Made by a program: the position numbers and the translations under genes. A stretch of 64,000 nucleotides of DNA from Escherichia coli (GTDB lineage Bacteria; Pseudomonadota; Gammaproteobacteria; Enterobacterales; Enterobacteriaceae): NCBI RefSeq assembly GCF_050320075.1, contig NZ_CP190018.1, one strand, 5' to 3'. Position 1 is the first letter of the stretch. Each line of letters starts with the position of its first letter. Positions 19,729-30,170 of the stretch are shown here, in pieces. Below the pieces are notes generated by a model that was given only the letters and a program-made list of their open reading frames with translations, ran no database searches and was not told the origin of the DNA.

Positions 19729-20108
19729 TGCATAAATCAGTAGCCGGTGAGTTTCAGAAGGAAGTCGATAATACCACTGATCTATTGGACGATATTTTAA
19801 GCATTCTCGCGCTGCTTGAGGCTGGCGATTGGTCAGAACATTGCACTAAAACAGAGCTAGGCGGTCGGCTTGAAAGAGAGATTACACGACTGATTAGCGA
19901 TGCCCAAAATGATTTGTCACCTGAGCATCTCCCCTGCGATGTAGTTCTTGTGCCAGGGATGAGGATACACGAAGGCGTCAGAACGAAAACATTATTAACC
20001 GCATTACAGAGGAGAGCCGAACTAAGCTCGCGGATAAAGTTGATGCCATCCAAAATATTTGATGTCGTCAAATTTACGCCATCGCAACATACTGAGAGAG
20101 ATAAATGA
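19725..20108 (+). CDS. Hypothetical early accessory protein
   Basis: 127 aa; 4-nt overlaps with neighbours. Confidence 0.5.
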   Translation: MMHKSVAGEFQKEVDNTTDLLDDILSILALLEAGDWSEHCTKTELGGRLEREITRLISDAQNDLSPEHLPCDVVLVPGMRIHEGVRTKTLLTALQRRAELSSRIKLMPSKIFDVVKFTPSQHTERDK

Positions 20109-20731
20109 GCACGGTAGCGAACGATCTCACAGAAGATATTCTCAATGAAATTATTGCTGGTGCAAATACCTCGCTTGAGCAACTTCTTGCGTTAGCACTG
20201 AGAGCCGAACGTCGAGACAGAAATCGTTTTTATGAGCGATTACCAGGGAAGCGACCAGATAGATCGGATGAAGAAGGTTGCGATATAGACTACATGGAGC
20301 CTTCAGAGATTTATCAACTTGGTAAAGATGACGGCTGGAACGCTTATCACGATGCTGTGATGAAGTTGGATGAAAAAGTTAAACCTCTTTCTCGACCGGT
20401 AGATCACGGTTTCCGCGATAACTGCGAATGCTCTAGTTGCCAGACCACGACCCGTATTTGTTCCGAATTGACAGATAAGTCCAGCCTAATCTACGAAGTT
20501 AATGTAGGCGGTAATACATGGGTCGAATGCACAAGAGCTGCATACGTAAGAGCAAAAGACAAGGGTGAATTAACCAGAGTTGTTACCAATCACCCAAATA
20601 ATGAGCTTAAAGATCACCAGATTCGAGAACTGGTGAACGAGTTGAGAGATATTGCGGTTCAGTACCACGGAACGCAGCAATTGCGGGAGAAGATTGCCAG
20701 AGCAGTGAACAACTCAGTCCGTAAAAAATAA
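20105..20731 (+). CDS. Hypothetical early accessory protein (Cys cluster CECSSCQ)
   Basis: 208 aa ORF; last gene before the ORF-free gap. Confidence 0.55.
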   Translation: MSTVANDLTEDILNEIIAGANTSLEQLLALALRAERRDRNRFYERLPGKRPDRSDEEGCDIDYMEPSEIYQLGKDDGWNAYHDAVMKLDEKVKPLSRPVDHGFRDNCECSSCQTTTRICSELTDKSSLIYEVNVGGNTWVECTRAAYVRAKDKGELTRVVTNHPNNELKDHQIRELVNELRDIAVQYHGTQQLREKIARAVNNSVRKK

Positions 20732-20748
20732 GCAATAGTACGATAAAG

Positions 20749-20773
20749 AGGCCCCATGCTCTTGATGGGGCCT
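20749..20773 (-). terminator. Intrinsic terminator for the small peptide gene
   Basis: 9-bp stem AGGCCCCAT/ATGGGGCCT with 7-nt loop, 14 nt after the peptide stop; on the minus strand followed by CTCTTTATCG...TTATTTTTTAC. Confidence 0.45.
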
Positions 20774-20786
20774 GTAGCAACTAGCG

Positions 20787-20870
20787 TTATGGACGCTGGT
20801 TTACGTACTCAATGATCGCTTTGATAATCGCGAACATCGGCGGCACGATTTTGAACAGTAAGTTAACCAT
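20787..20870 (-). CDS. Candidate type I toxin: 27-aa hydrophobic peptide MVNLLFKIVPPMFAIIKAIIEYVNQRP
   Basis: ATG 20870 preceded by GAGG at -8; stop 20787-20789; terminator follows; not in ORF track (below size cutoff). Confidence 0.4.
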   Translation of the reverse strand: MVNLLFKIVPPMFAIIKAIIEYVNQRP

Positions 20871-21117
20871 AACAGGCCTCACTTAGTTTTATCGCGCCTA
20901 GCTGCAAATACCTTTGGGCTTGCCTTTGCAGTTGCAATATCTGTAGTCGCCAGATACTTACGGCACGATTTCGAGTTAAGGTAAGGTTTTAGAGTCACCA
21001 AAAACCTGGACTTAAATCTTCTTTGAGAACAACGATGTTTAGTAAATGGTCATTATTACCTGGTATGACCACTCAACGTTTCTTGATGAATCCAGTACAT
21101 TCGGTTAATCTTAATTC

Positions 21118-21201
21118 AGTCGCCAGATACTTATGGCTCAGGAACAGAGCCGCAAACTCTGTTTCCTTTTAAAAAGCCCAGCCTAGTCAACTGGGCTTTT
21201 T
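21118..21201 (+). ncRNA. Candidate antitoxin sRNA with 5' seed complementary to the peptide mRNA leader
   Basis: Promoter-like TTGATG (21083-21088), 17 bp, TAATCT (21106-21111); 5' AGUCGCCAGAUACUUAUGG pairs with the leader copy at 20945-20963; internal hairpin; intrinsic terminator AGCCCAG...CTGGGCT + T-run at 21171-21201. Confidence 0.4.
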
Positions 21202-21496
21202 AATGTCTATTTTTAACCCAATGAACCTTCAATACCGTAACATCAGTGTCTTGCGAATTAAGATAGTGTGTATAGGTTATGCATGCAAGTACATAACTCT
21301 GTGGATAACTCAGGAAGGAAAAAGTAGCTCCCGCGCAATTTAGGCCAGACAAGGCTTTCGCAAAAGTCAACAGAGAGAAAAAATTTGTTAAAAATAACGT
21401 TTGTTGGAATTGTATATATTTATGCCTTTCAATAGTTAGCATCTTATTAACATCTTTTTTAAGAGATAGAGTTCAAAAATATATAGCTTCAACATA

Positions 21497-21516
21497 TACT
21501 GTATGTGTATACAGTA
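21497..21516 (+). promoter_or_regulatory. LexA (SOS) box TACTGTATGTGTATACAGTA upstream of the humD-like gene
   Basis: Perfect CTGT-N8-ACAG palindrome about 17 bp upstream of ATG 21533. Confidence 0.75.
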
Positions 21517-21532
21517 TTAAGAGGCGAGTATT

Positions 21533-21922
21533 ATGGGCTTCCCTTCTCCTGCGGCGGATTATGCTGAGAGCCGTATTTCTCTTGATCAGCAGATAATTAG
21601 ACATCCTTCAGCGACCTACTTCATGAGGGCAGCTGATAGTCATCATCGTGAGGGAATATTACAGGGTGCATTGCTGGTGGTCGATTCCTCACTTACCCCG
21701 GTTGATGGTTCTCTGCTTGTATGCGCTCTGGATGGGGAATATCGCGTAAAAAGATACCGGAAGTATCCACGTCAGCATCTGGAGGATTTAAGAACCGGTA
21801 AGAAGGAAGCATTGCCAAAGGATGACGATGGATGCACGGGCAGCAATGCCGTGTTTGGTGTGATCACTCACATTATCAACGACGCAAGAAGTGGCGAGTT
21901 TGATGATTGTCCCGTGATGTAG
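21533..21922 (+). CDS. UmuD/HumD-like S24 peptidase (translesion synthesis accessory)
   Basis: 129 aa; UmuD-like sequence; SOS box upstream; no umuC partner in the window. Confidence 0.75.
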   Translation: MGFPSPAADYAESRISLDQQIIRHPSATYFMRAADSHHREGILQGALLVVDSSLTPVDGSLLVCALDGEYRVKRYRKYPRQHLEDLRTGKKEALPKDDDGCTGSNAVFGVITHIINDARSGEFDDCPVM

Positions 21923-22227
21923 GAGAACTGATTAGGCGGTGCAATGCACCGCCTTTTTATCACACTGCGCGGAATGCGATTTCGCCAGGTATTACTTCAC
22001 CTTGCCAATACATTTGGACAGCAGACTTTCGGCGATGCGTTGCACTTGTTGAGCAGATTCCAGAAATCAGAGATTCATTCGACAAGGTTGCAAAGCGCGT
22101 TCCGGCATTCAAAGGAATCCTCAACGAATGGGATTCCCTCGTTGATCTGTTGAAGTCTGAAATGAAGATACACGGAAACAAAGCACCAGAGACTTACAGA
22201 AGAATTAGCGAGTTACGCAAGGACTAA
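21907..22227 (+). CDS. Hypothetical protein downstream of the humD-like gene
   Basis: 106 aa ORF overlapping the humD end; no recognisable motif. Confidence 0.35.
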   Translation: MSRDVGELIRRCNAPPFYHTARNAISPGITSPCQYIWTADFRRCVALVEQIPEIRDSFDKVAKRVPAFKGILNEWDSLVDLLKSEMKIHGNKAPETYRRISELRKD

Positions 22228-22317
22228 CCACAGCCTCATACTCGATGAGGCCTGTTCATTGCTCAATGATATCCAGACCTACCGCAATAATACCAATCCA
22301 ATAAATGGAGATTCCAG

Positions 22318-22665
22318 GTGGAAGAAGAAATCTTCACTCGTGAAGAGGCAGCGTCGTATCTGAAGGTAGACAAAGGCACTATCACGCAGTGGATACGAAG
22401 TGGACGACTTCAGGCCGCAAAGATAAATCCAGATAAACCTAAAAGCCCATATCGCATTTGCAAGTCAGACTGCATTGCGGCGCTTAAGTCTGTGAGACAC
22501 AATAGCGCGGTGAATGCGGTTGATGTGCAGGAGGTTAAAGCATGTCAATCAAACTACGCGGTGGCACGTGGCACTGCGATTTCGTCGCGCCAGATGGATC
22601 AAGAGTTAGACGCTCTCTTGAAACATCGGACAAAAGGCAAGCGCAAGAACTTCACGATCGTCTGA
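22318..22665 (+). CDS. xis: Excisionase (Xis), P22-like; 3' end uncertain
   Basis: Immediately upstream of int; ORF overlaps the int start by about 120 nt. Confidence 0.55.
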   Translation: MEEEIFTREEAASYLKVDKGTITQWIRSGRLQAAKINPDKPKSPYRICKSDCIAALKSVRHNSAVNAVDVQEVKACQSNYAVARGTAISSRQMDQELDALLKHRTKGKRKNFTIV

Positions 22666-23702
22666 AAGCAGAAGCGTGGAGAGTAAAAAATCTCGGGGAA
22701 TCACCGAAAAAGCTATTCAAGGAAGCCTGCATACGGTGGCTGCGTGAGAAATCGGATAAGAAGTCCATTGATGATGACAAGAGCATTATATCGTTCTGGA
22801 TGTTGCACTTCAGAGAAGCCATTCTCTCTGACATAACAACAGAAAAAATAATGGAGGCGGTAGATGGGATGGAAAACCGCCGCCATCGCCTGAACTGGGA
22901 GATGAGCCGGGACAGGTGTTTGCGACTTGGCAATCCGGTGCCGGAGTATAAACCAAAGCTTGCAAGCAAAGGAACGAAGACGAGGCATCTGGCAATACTT
23001 CGCGCCATTCTCAATATGGCTGTTGAATGGGGATGGCTTGACAGGGCACCCAAAATATCAACACCACGCGTTAAGAATGGACGCATCAGATGGCTTACAG
23101 AGGAGGAATCGAAGCGCCTGTTTGCAGAAATTGCTCCTCACTTCTTCCCTGTGGTCATGTTTGCAATCACGACAGGCCTTCGCCGTTCCAACGTTACAGA
23201 CCTTGAGTGGTCACAGGTCGATCTGGATAAGAAAATGGCATGGATACACCCTGATGAAACAAAAGCTGGCAATGCGATCGGAGTTCCTCTTAACGAAACC
23301 GCATGCCAGATATTAAGAAAACAGCAGGGGCTCCATAAGAGATGGGTATTTGTCCACACCAAACCTGCCTACCGAAGCGACGGAACAAAAACAGCAGCGG
23401 TAAGGAAGATGAGAACCGACAGCAACAAGGCATGGAAGGGAGCGTTAAAGCGGGCAGGCATTAGTAACTTCCGCTTCCATGATCTGAGGCATACCTGGGC
23501 AAGCTGGCTGGTTCAGTCCGGTGTCTCTCTTCTTGCACTTAAAGAGATGGGAGGATGGGAAACTCTCGAAATGGTTCAAAGATACGCCCACCTTTCAGCC
23601 GGGCATCTCACCGAGCACGCAAGCAAAATCGATGCGATTATAAGTCGCAATGGCACAAATACGGCACAAGAGGAGAACGTGGTGTATTTAAATATGGGGT
23701 AA
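22542..23702 (+). CDS. int: Tyrosine integrase, P22-type, thrW-specific
   Basis: 386 aa; aligns from the N-terminus with remembered P22 Int; catalytic HDLRHTWASWLVQ...YAHL motif; adjacent to tRNA-Thr. Confidence 0.9.
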   Translation: MSIKLRGGTWHCDFVAPDGSRVRRSLETSDKRQAQELHDRLKAEAWRVKNLGESPKKLFKEACIRWLREKSDKKSIDDDKSIISFWMLHFREAILSDITTEKIMEAVDGMENRRHRLNWEMSRDRCLRLGNPVPEYKPKLASKGTKTRHLAILRAILNMAVEWGWLDRAPKISTPRVKNGRIRWLTEEESKRLFAEIAPHFFPVVMFAITTGLRRSNVTDLEWSQVDLDKKMAWIHPDETKAGNAIGVPLNETACQILRKQQGLHKRWVFVHTKPAYRSDGTKTAAVRKMRTDSNKAWKGALKRAGISNFRFHDLRHTWASWLVQSGVSLLALKEMGGWETLEMVQRYAHLSAGHLTEHASKIDAIISRNGTNTAQEENVVYLNMG

Positions 23703-23716
23703 CTACTTGATTTAAA

Positions 23717-23792
23717 TGGTGCCGATAATAGGAGTCGAACCTACGACCTTCGCATTACGAATGCGCTGCTCTACCAACTGAGCTATATCGGC
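23717..23792 (-). tRNA. thrW: tRNA-Thr (anticodon CGU)
   Basis: 76-nt minus-strand sequence GCCGATATAGCTCAGTTGGTAGAGCAGCGCATTCGTAATGCG...CGGCACCA with cloverleaf. Confidence 0.95.
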
Positions 23793-23906
23793 CCTGAAAG
23801 GACATGTTCACGAACGTGAATCACGGTGGACAAGGTTAAAACTAACCGGGCGATGCGTCAATGGCCTTGTGAATCAAATGGCTACTTTTGCATCACCCGG
23901 TTTTAT

Positions 23907-25160
23907 TTACGCACGAATGGTGTAATCACCAATGCCGATCCACTTGTAAGTGGTCAGTGCTTCCAGCCCCATTGGGCCACGCGCGTGGAGTTTTTGTGTG
24001 CTTACCGCCACTTCCGCACCCAGACCAAACTGGCCGCCATCGGTAAAACGCGTAGAGGCGTTAACGTAAACAGCGGACGAATCCACTTCGTTAACAAAAC
24101 GCTGGGCGTTGCGCATATCGCGGGTCAGGATCGCATCGGAGTGTTGTGTGCCGTGTTCACGAATATGGGCGATGGCATCGTCAAGATCGCTGACGATTTT
24201 AACGTTCAAATCTAATGACAGAAACTCATCGTCATACTCTTCGGCTTTAACAGCCACCACCTTCGCGGGGCCTGCCTGCAACTGCGCCAGCGCAGCTACA
24301 TCTGCGTGTAATGCCACGCTGCTTTCCGCCATTTGCTTGCTTAATGCGGGCAGGAAGCTATCGGCGATGTTTTTATTTACCAGCAACGTTTCTACCGTAT
24401 TACATGTGCTCGGACGCTGAGTTTTTGCGTTGACGATTACTTTCAGGGCTTCAGCGATCTCTGCACTTTCATCAACGTAAATATGGCATACGCCTATACC
24501 GCCTGTGATCACCGGGATTGTCGACTGTTCGCGGCACAGCTTATGCAGGCCAGCGCCTCCACGCGGGATCAGCATGTCGATGTATTTATCCATACGCAGC
24601 ATTTCACTGACCAGCGCACGGTCAGGATTATCAATCGCCTGCACGGCACCCGCCGGTAAGCCGCAGGATTTCAGGGCGTCCTGAATCACCGCTACCGTTG
24701 CAGCGTTAGTGCGACAGGTTTCTTTGCCACCACGCAGGATCACCGCGTTACCGGTTTTCAGGCACAGCGAAGCGACATCAACCGTCACGTTCGGGCGCGC
24801 TTCATAAATCACGCCAATAACCCCCAGCGGTACGCGACGACGCTCAAGACGCAGGCCGCTGTCCAGTACGCCGCCATCGATTACCTGCCCCACCGGATCG
24901 GCGAGATTACACACCTGACGCACATCGTCGGCGATGCCTTTCAGCCGTGCGGGCGTCAGTGCCAGACGGTCAAGCATCGCTTCGCTAAGGCCATTGGCAC
25001 GCGCGTCAGCAACATCCTGGGCGTTAGCGTTGAGGATGATTTCGCTTTGTGCTTCCAGTTCATCGGCGATTTTTTCCAGCACGCGATTTTTTTCGCGGCT
25101 GGAGAGTTGCGCTAATTTATACGAGGCTTGCTTCGCGGCAATGCCCATTTGTTCCAGCAT
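23907..25160 (-). CDS. proA: Gamma-glutamyl phosphate reductase
   Basis: 417 aa; [19 protein letters not shown]... Confidence 0.95.
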   Translation of the reverse strand: MLEQMGIAAKQASYKLAQLSSREKNRVLEKIADELEAQSEIILNANAQDVADARANGLSEAMLDRLALTPARLKGIADDVRQVCNLADPVGQVIDGGVLDSGLRLERRRVPLGVIGVIYEARPNVTVDVASLCLKTGNAVILRGGKETCRTNAATVAVIQDALKSCGLPAGAVQAIDNPDRALVSEMLRMDKYIDMLIPRGGAGLHKLCREQSTIPVITGGIGVCHIYVDESAEIAEALKVIVNAKTQRPSTCNTVETLLVNKNIADSFLPALSKQMAESSVALHADVAALAQLQAGPAKVVAVKAEEYDDEFLSLDLNVKIVSDLDDAIAHIREHGTQHSDAILTRDMRNAQRFVNEVDSSAVYVNASTRFTDGGQFGLGAEVAVSTQKLHARGPMGLEALTTYKWIGIGDYTIRA

Positions 25161-25171
25161 CAGCCTGCTCC

Positions 25172-26275
25172 TTAACGGGTAATCATGTCATCACGGTGAA
25201 CGGCAACCGGGCCATATTCATATCCCAGTATTGCATCAATTTCTTGCGAGTGGTGTCCGGCAATGCGGCGTAATGCATCGCTGTTGTAACGACTGACGCC
25301 GTGAGCGATATCGCGACCTTCGAGGTTGCAAATGCGGATGACTTCACCACGCGAGAAATTGCCAGTCACGCTTTTAATGCCTTTCGGCAACAGGGAACTG
25401 CCGCGTTCAAGAATGGCGGCAGTTGCCCCTTCATCTACCGTGATTTCACCCGCCGGCGGCGCACCGAAAATCCAGCGTTTACGGTTTTCAAGCGGAGTCG
25501 CCTGGGCATGGAACAGCGTACCGACGGAAATGCCTTCCATCACATCACCAATAACGCCCGGCTTGCTGCCCGCGGCAATAATGGTGTCGATACCCGCACG
25601 GCAAGCCACGTCCGCGGCCTGCAATTTGGTACTCATGCCGCCAGTTCCGAGGCCTGAAACGCTGTCACCGGCAATCGCGCGCAGTGCGTCATCAATGCCG
25701 TAAACATCTTTAATCAGTTCTGCCTGCGGATTGCTGCGCGGGTCAGCGGTATACAAACCTTTTTGATCGGTCAGCAGCAACAGTTTATCGGCACCCGCCA
25801 GAATCGCCGCCAGCGCAGAAAGGTTATCGTTATCGCCGACCTTAATCTCTGCCGTAGCGACAGCATCGTTCTCATTGATTACCGGAACGATATTGTTATC
25901 GAGCAACGCACGCAGGGTGTCGCGGGCGTTCAGGAAGCGTTCACGGTCTTCCATATCAGCACGAGTCAGCAGCATTTGCCCGACGTGAATGCCATAAATC
26001 GAAAACAGCTGTTCCCACAGTTGAATCAGTCGACTCTGCCCTACCGCCGCCAGCAGTTGTTTCGAGGCGATAGTCGCTGGCAGTTCCGGGTAACCCAGGT
26101 GCTCACGTCCGGCGGCGATCGCGCCCGACGTCACAATAACAATCCGATGCCCGGCGGCATGTAACTGCGCGCACTGGCGAACAAGTTCAACGATATGGGC
26201 ACGGTTCAGGCGGCGCGATCCGCCTGTTAGCACACTGGTGCCGAGTTTTACCACCAGCGTCTGGCTGTCACTCAT
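25172..26275 (-). CDS. proB: Glutamate 5-kinase
   Basis: 367 aa from ATG 26275 ([19 protein letters not shown]...); ORF track start 26362 is an upstream extension. Confidence 0.95.
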
Positions 26276-26463
26276 GATTCTCTGCCATTCAATTTTAGGA
26301 AAAATGATATCAAACGAACGTTTTAGCAGGACTGTCGTCGGTTGCCAACCATCTGCGAGCAAAGCATGGCGTTTTGTTGCGCGGGATCAGCAAGCGTAGC
26401 GGCAGTTGTTTACGCTTTTATTACAGATTTAATAAATTACCACATTTTAAGAATATTATTAAT

Positions 26464-26483
26464 CTGTAATATATCTTTAACAA
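26464..26483 (+). promoter_or_regulatory. Pho box (PhoB site) of the phoE promoter
   Basis: CTGTAATATATCTTTAACAA about 80 bp upstream of phoE. Confidence 0.65.
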
Positions 26484-26562
26484 TCTCAGGTTAAAAACTT
26501 TCCTGTTTTCAACGGGACTCTCCCGCTGAATATTCGCGCGTTAATTAAAATCAGGAATGAAA

Positions 26563-27618
26563 ATGAAAAAGAGCACTCTGGCATTAGTGGTGATGGGCAT
26601 TGTGGCATCTGCATCCGTACAGGCCGCAGAAATATATAACAAAGACGGTAATAAACTGGATGTCTATGGCAAAGTTAAAGCCATGCATTATATGAGTGAT
26701 AACGACAGTAAAGATGGCGACCAGAGTTATATCCGTTTTGGTTTTAAAGGCGAAACACAAATTAACGATCAACTGACGGGTTATGGTCGTTGGGAAGCAG
26801 AGTTTGCCGGTAATAAAGCGGAGAGTGATACTGCACAGCAAAAAACGCGTCTCGCTTTTGCCGGGTTGAAATATAAAGATTTGGGTTCTTTCGATTATGG
26901 TCGTAACCTGGGCGCGCTGTATGACGTGGAAGCCTGGACCGATATGTTCCCGGAATTTGGTGGCGACTCCTCGGCGCAGACCGACAACTTTATGACCAAA
27001 CGCGCCAGCGGTCTGGCGACGTATCGGAACACCGACTTCTTCGGCGTTATCGATGGCCTGAACTTAACCCTGCAATATCAAGGGAAAAACGAAAACCGCG
27101 ACGTTAAAAAGCAAAACGGCGATGGCTTCGGTACGTCATTGACATATGACTTTGGTGGCAGCGATTTCGCCATCAGTGGGGCCTATACCAACTCCGATCG
27201 CACTAACGAGCAGAACCTGCAAAGCCGTGGCACAGGCAAGCGTGCAGAAGCATGGGCAACAGGTCTGAAATACGATGCCAATAATATTTATCTGGCAACT
27301 TTCTATTCTGAAACACGCAAAATGACGCCAATAACTGGCGGCTTTGCCAATAAGACACAGAACTTTGAAGCGGTCGCCCAATACCAGTTTGACTTTGGTC
27401 TGCGTCCGTCGCTGGGTTATGTCTTATCGAAAGGGAAAGATATTGAAGGCATCGGTGATGAAGATCTGGTCAATTATATCGACGTCGGTGCTACATATTA
27501 TTTCAACAAAAATATGTCAGCGTTTGTTGATTATAAAATCAACCAACTGGATAGCGATAATAAGCTGAACATCAATAATGATGATATTGTCGCGGTTGGC
27601 ATGACCTATCAGTTTTAA
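26563..27618 (+). CDS. phoE: Outer membrane phosphoporin PhoE
   Basis: 351 aa from [21 protein letters not shown]; porin sequence ending ...VAVGMTYQF. Confidence 0.95.
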   Translation: MKKSTLALVVMGIVASASVQAAEIYNKDGNKLDVYGKVKAMHYMSDNDSKDGDQSYIRFGFKGETQINDQLTGYGRWEAEFAGNKAESDTAQQKTRLAFAGLKYKDLGSFDYGRNLGALYDVEAWTDMFPEFGGDSSAQTDNFMTKRASGLATYRNTDFFGVIDGLNLTLQYQGKNENRDVKKQNGDGFGTSLTYDFGGSDFAISGAYTNSDRTNEQNLQSRGTGKRAEAWATGLKYDANNIYLATFYSETRKMTPITGGFANKTQNFEAVAQYQFDFGLRPSLGYVLSKGKDIEGIGDEDLVNYIDVGATYYFNKNMSAFVDYKINQLDSDNKLNINNDDIVAVGMTYQF

Positions 27619-27656
27619 TGGATATTGCCGGATGTGATGCATCCGGCACATTTCAC

Positions 27657-28115
<459 letters not shown>

Positions 28116-29360
28116 TTAACACAATCGTTTTTCAATCCAGTCTGTTATTTCCTGAAGACCTTTGTCAAAATTCCGATACACCGGGTTAAATGGGATCTCT
28201 AACAATTTACCGTCAGCAGATGATGAGGTGATTAAGCGTGAGTCCTCTTCCGGGCTGAACGGATCGTTCTTCCAGTAGCCTGATAACATTGGCGTTGGGC
28301 AGCGACGTCCCAGCAATCCTTGCACTTTTAATGAATAGCGATTCAGCTCCACGCGCAACGCTTCGTCGGAAGCATCATGCATCCCCAAACGGCTCGCCAG
28401 AACGTCAAGATACATTTCCGGCACCTGTTGCTGGCACTTAAAATCACTCAACAGGGTATGAACTACCGGACCAAGACAGGCAACCGCTTTCAGACGCGGC
28501 GATTCAAGGTATGCCAGACGCACGGCAACGTTAGCGCCGAAACGGAAACCAAAGGCCGCGACGCGAGTGTGATCTACCCACGGTACGTTAGGCAGCGCCT
28601 TTAAGACGTGCTGATGCAACAGGCTGGAGTCCTGGGTGAGCTTCCATTTTGAAGAAAAGCCCACCGACGGCATATCAATAGTCAGCATCGCAATGCCGCG
28701 CGGCGCAAAATAACGTTCATACAGGCTGTAATAGTCCGTCTGCATCGCATCCAGACCACCACACATTAATACTGTCGGGAACGGGCCATCGCCTTTCGGC
28801 ATATGCAAAAAGCCGGTGATGGGCGCACCGCCGGGTACGGTAAACTCCATCTGCCGCATGGTGCCCGGCAGACGCTGAGCGGCCTCTTCATAGGCGCGGT
28901 TTGACAAAGCCTGCGCTTGCTCGGCCAGGTCATCTCCTTTCAGATGAGGATAGGCGGCAATGTTGTACAACGTAGCCGCATGCAGCCAGTGACGACCACT
29001 GAGTTGCGGATCTTCTTCCGCACAGGCTTTTTGTTGCCACACCATCGCCTGGGTGGCCCACTCATAAATCCAGTTGCCACCACGGTAGCCAATCACCGTA
29101 TCGTATAAATCATCGTCGGTACGTTCGGCATCGCTCATCACAATACGTGCCTGGACGTCGAGGATTTCACGTGGGTCAATGCCGCGCCAGATCCACATCA
29201 GACGGTTAATCATGCGATACCAGTGAGGGATGGTTTTACCATCAAGGGCCGACTGCACAGGCGGTTGTGCGCCGTGATTAAAGCGGCGGACTAGCGTCGA
29301 GGTTTCAGGATGTTTAAAGCGGGGTTTGAACAGGGTTTCGCTCAGGTTTGCCTGTGTCAT
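28116..29360 (-). CDS. frsA: Esterase FrsA
   Basis: 414 aa; alpha/beta hydrolase. Confidence 0.95.
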
Positions 29361-29451
29361 GGATGCAGCCTCCAGAATACTTACTGGAAACTATTGTAAC
29401 CCGCCTGAAGTTAAAAAGAACAACGCCCGGCAGTGCCAGGCGTTGAAAAGA

Positions 29452-29910
29452 TTAGCGACCGGAGATTGGCGGGACGAATACGACGCCCATATCCCACGGT
29501 TGTTCGATCCAGGTATCTTGCGGGATATCAACAACATAGTCATCAACCAGCGGACGACCAGCCGGTTTTGCGAAGATGGTGACAAAGTGCGCTTTTGGAT
29601 ACATTTCACGAATCGCAACCGCAGTGCCACCGGTATCCACCAGGTCATCAATAACGATGAAGCCTTCGCCATCGCCTTCTGCGCGTTTCAGCACTTTAAG
29701 CTCGCGCTGGTTGTCGTGATCGTAGCTGGAAATACAAACGGTATCGACATGACGAATACCCAGTTCACGCGCCAGTAACGCACCCGGTACCAGACCGCCA
29801 CGGCTTACGGCAATAATGCCTTTCCATTGTTCAGAAGGCATCAGTCGGCTTGCGAGTTTACGTGCATGGATCTGCAACATGTCCCAGGTGACGATGTATT
29901 TTTCGCTCAT
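29452..29910 (-). CDS. gpt: Xanthine-guanine phosphoribosyltransferase
   Basis: 152 aa; [23 protein letters not shown]... Confidence 0.95.
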
Positions 29911-30170
29911 GTGAAGTGTCCCAGCCTGTTTATCTACGGCTTAAAAAGTGTTCGAGGGGAAAATAGGTTGCGCGAGATTATAGAGATCTGGCGCACTAAA
30001 AACCAGTATTTCACATGAGTCCGCGTCTTTTTACGCACTGCCTCTCCCTGACGCGGGATAAAGTGGTATTCTCAAACATATCTCGCAAGCCTGTCTTGTG
30101 TTGACAACATTTTCTGCTAACCCTGTGACCTGCAATACTGTTTTGCGGGTGATCGACAAGGAGACTTAAC

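Noticed and set aside
21034-21171. 45-aa plus-strand ORF (MFSKWSLLPGMTTQRF...) overlapping the candidate sRNA
   Set aside because: No convincing RBS; the predicted promoter +1 lies inside it, so the region is better explained as a non-coding RNA. Translation not excluded.
21200-21442. 80-aa minus-strand ORF in the AT-rich region upstream of the humD-like gene
   Set aside because: Lies in a promoter-like AT-rich tract with no RBS; composition not protein-like.
25301-26164. Plus-strand ORFs of 118-133 aa
   Set aside because: Antisense to proB.
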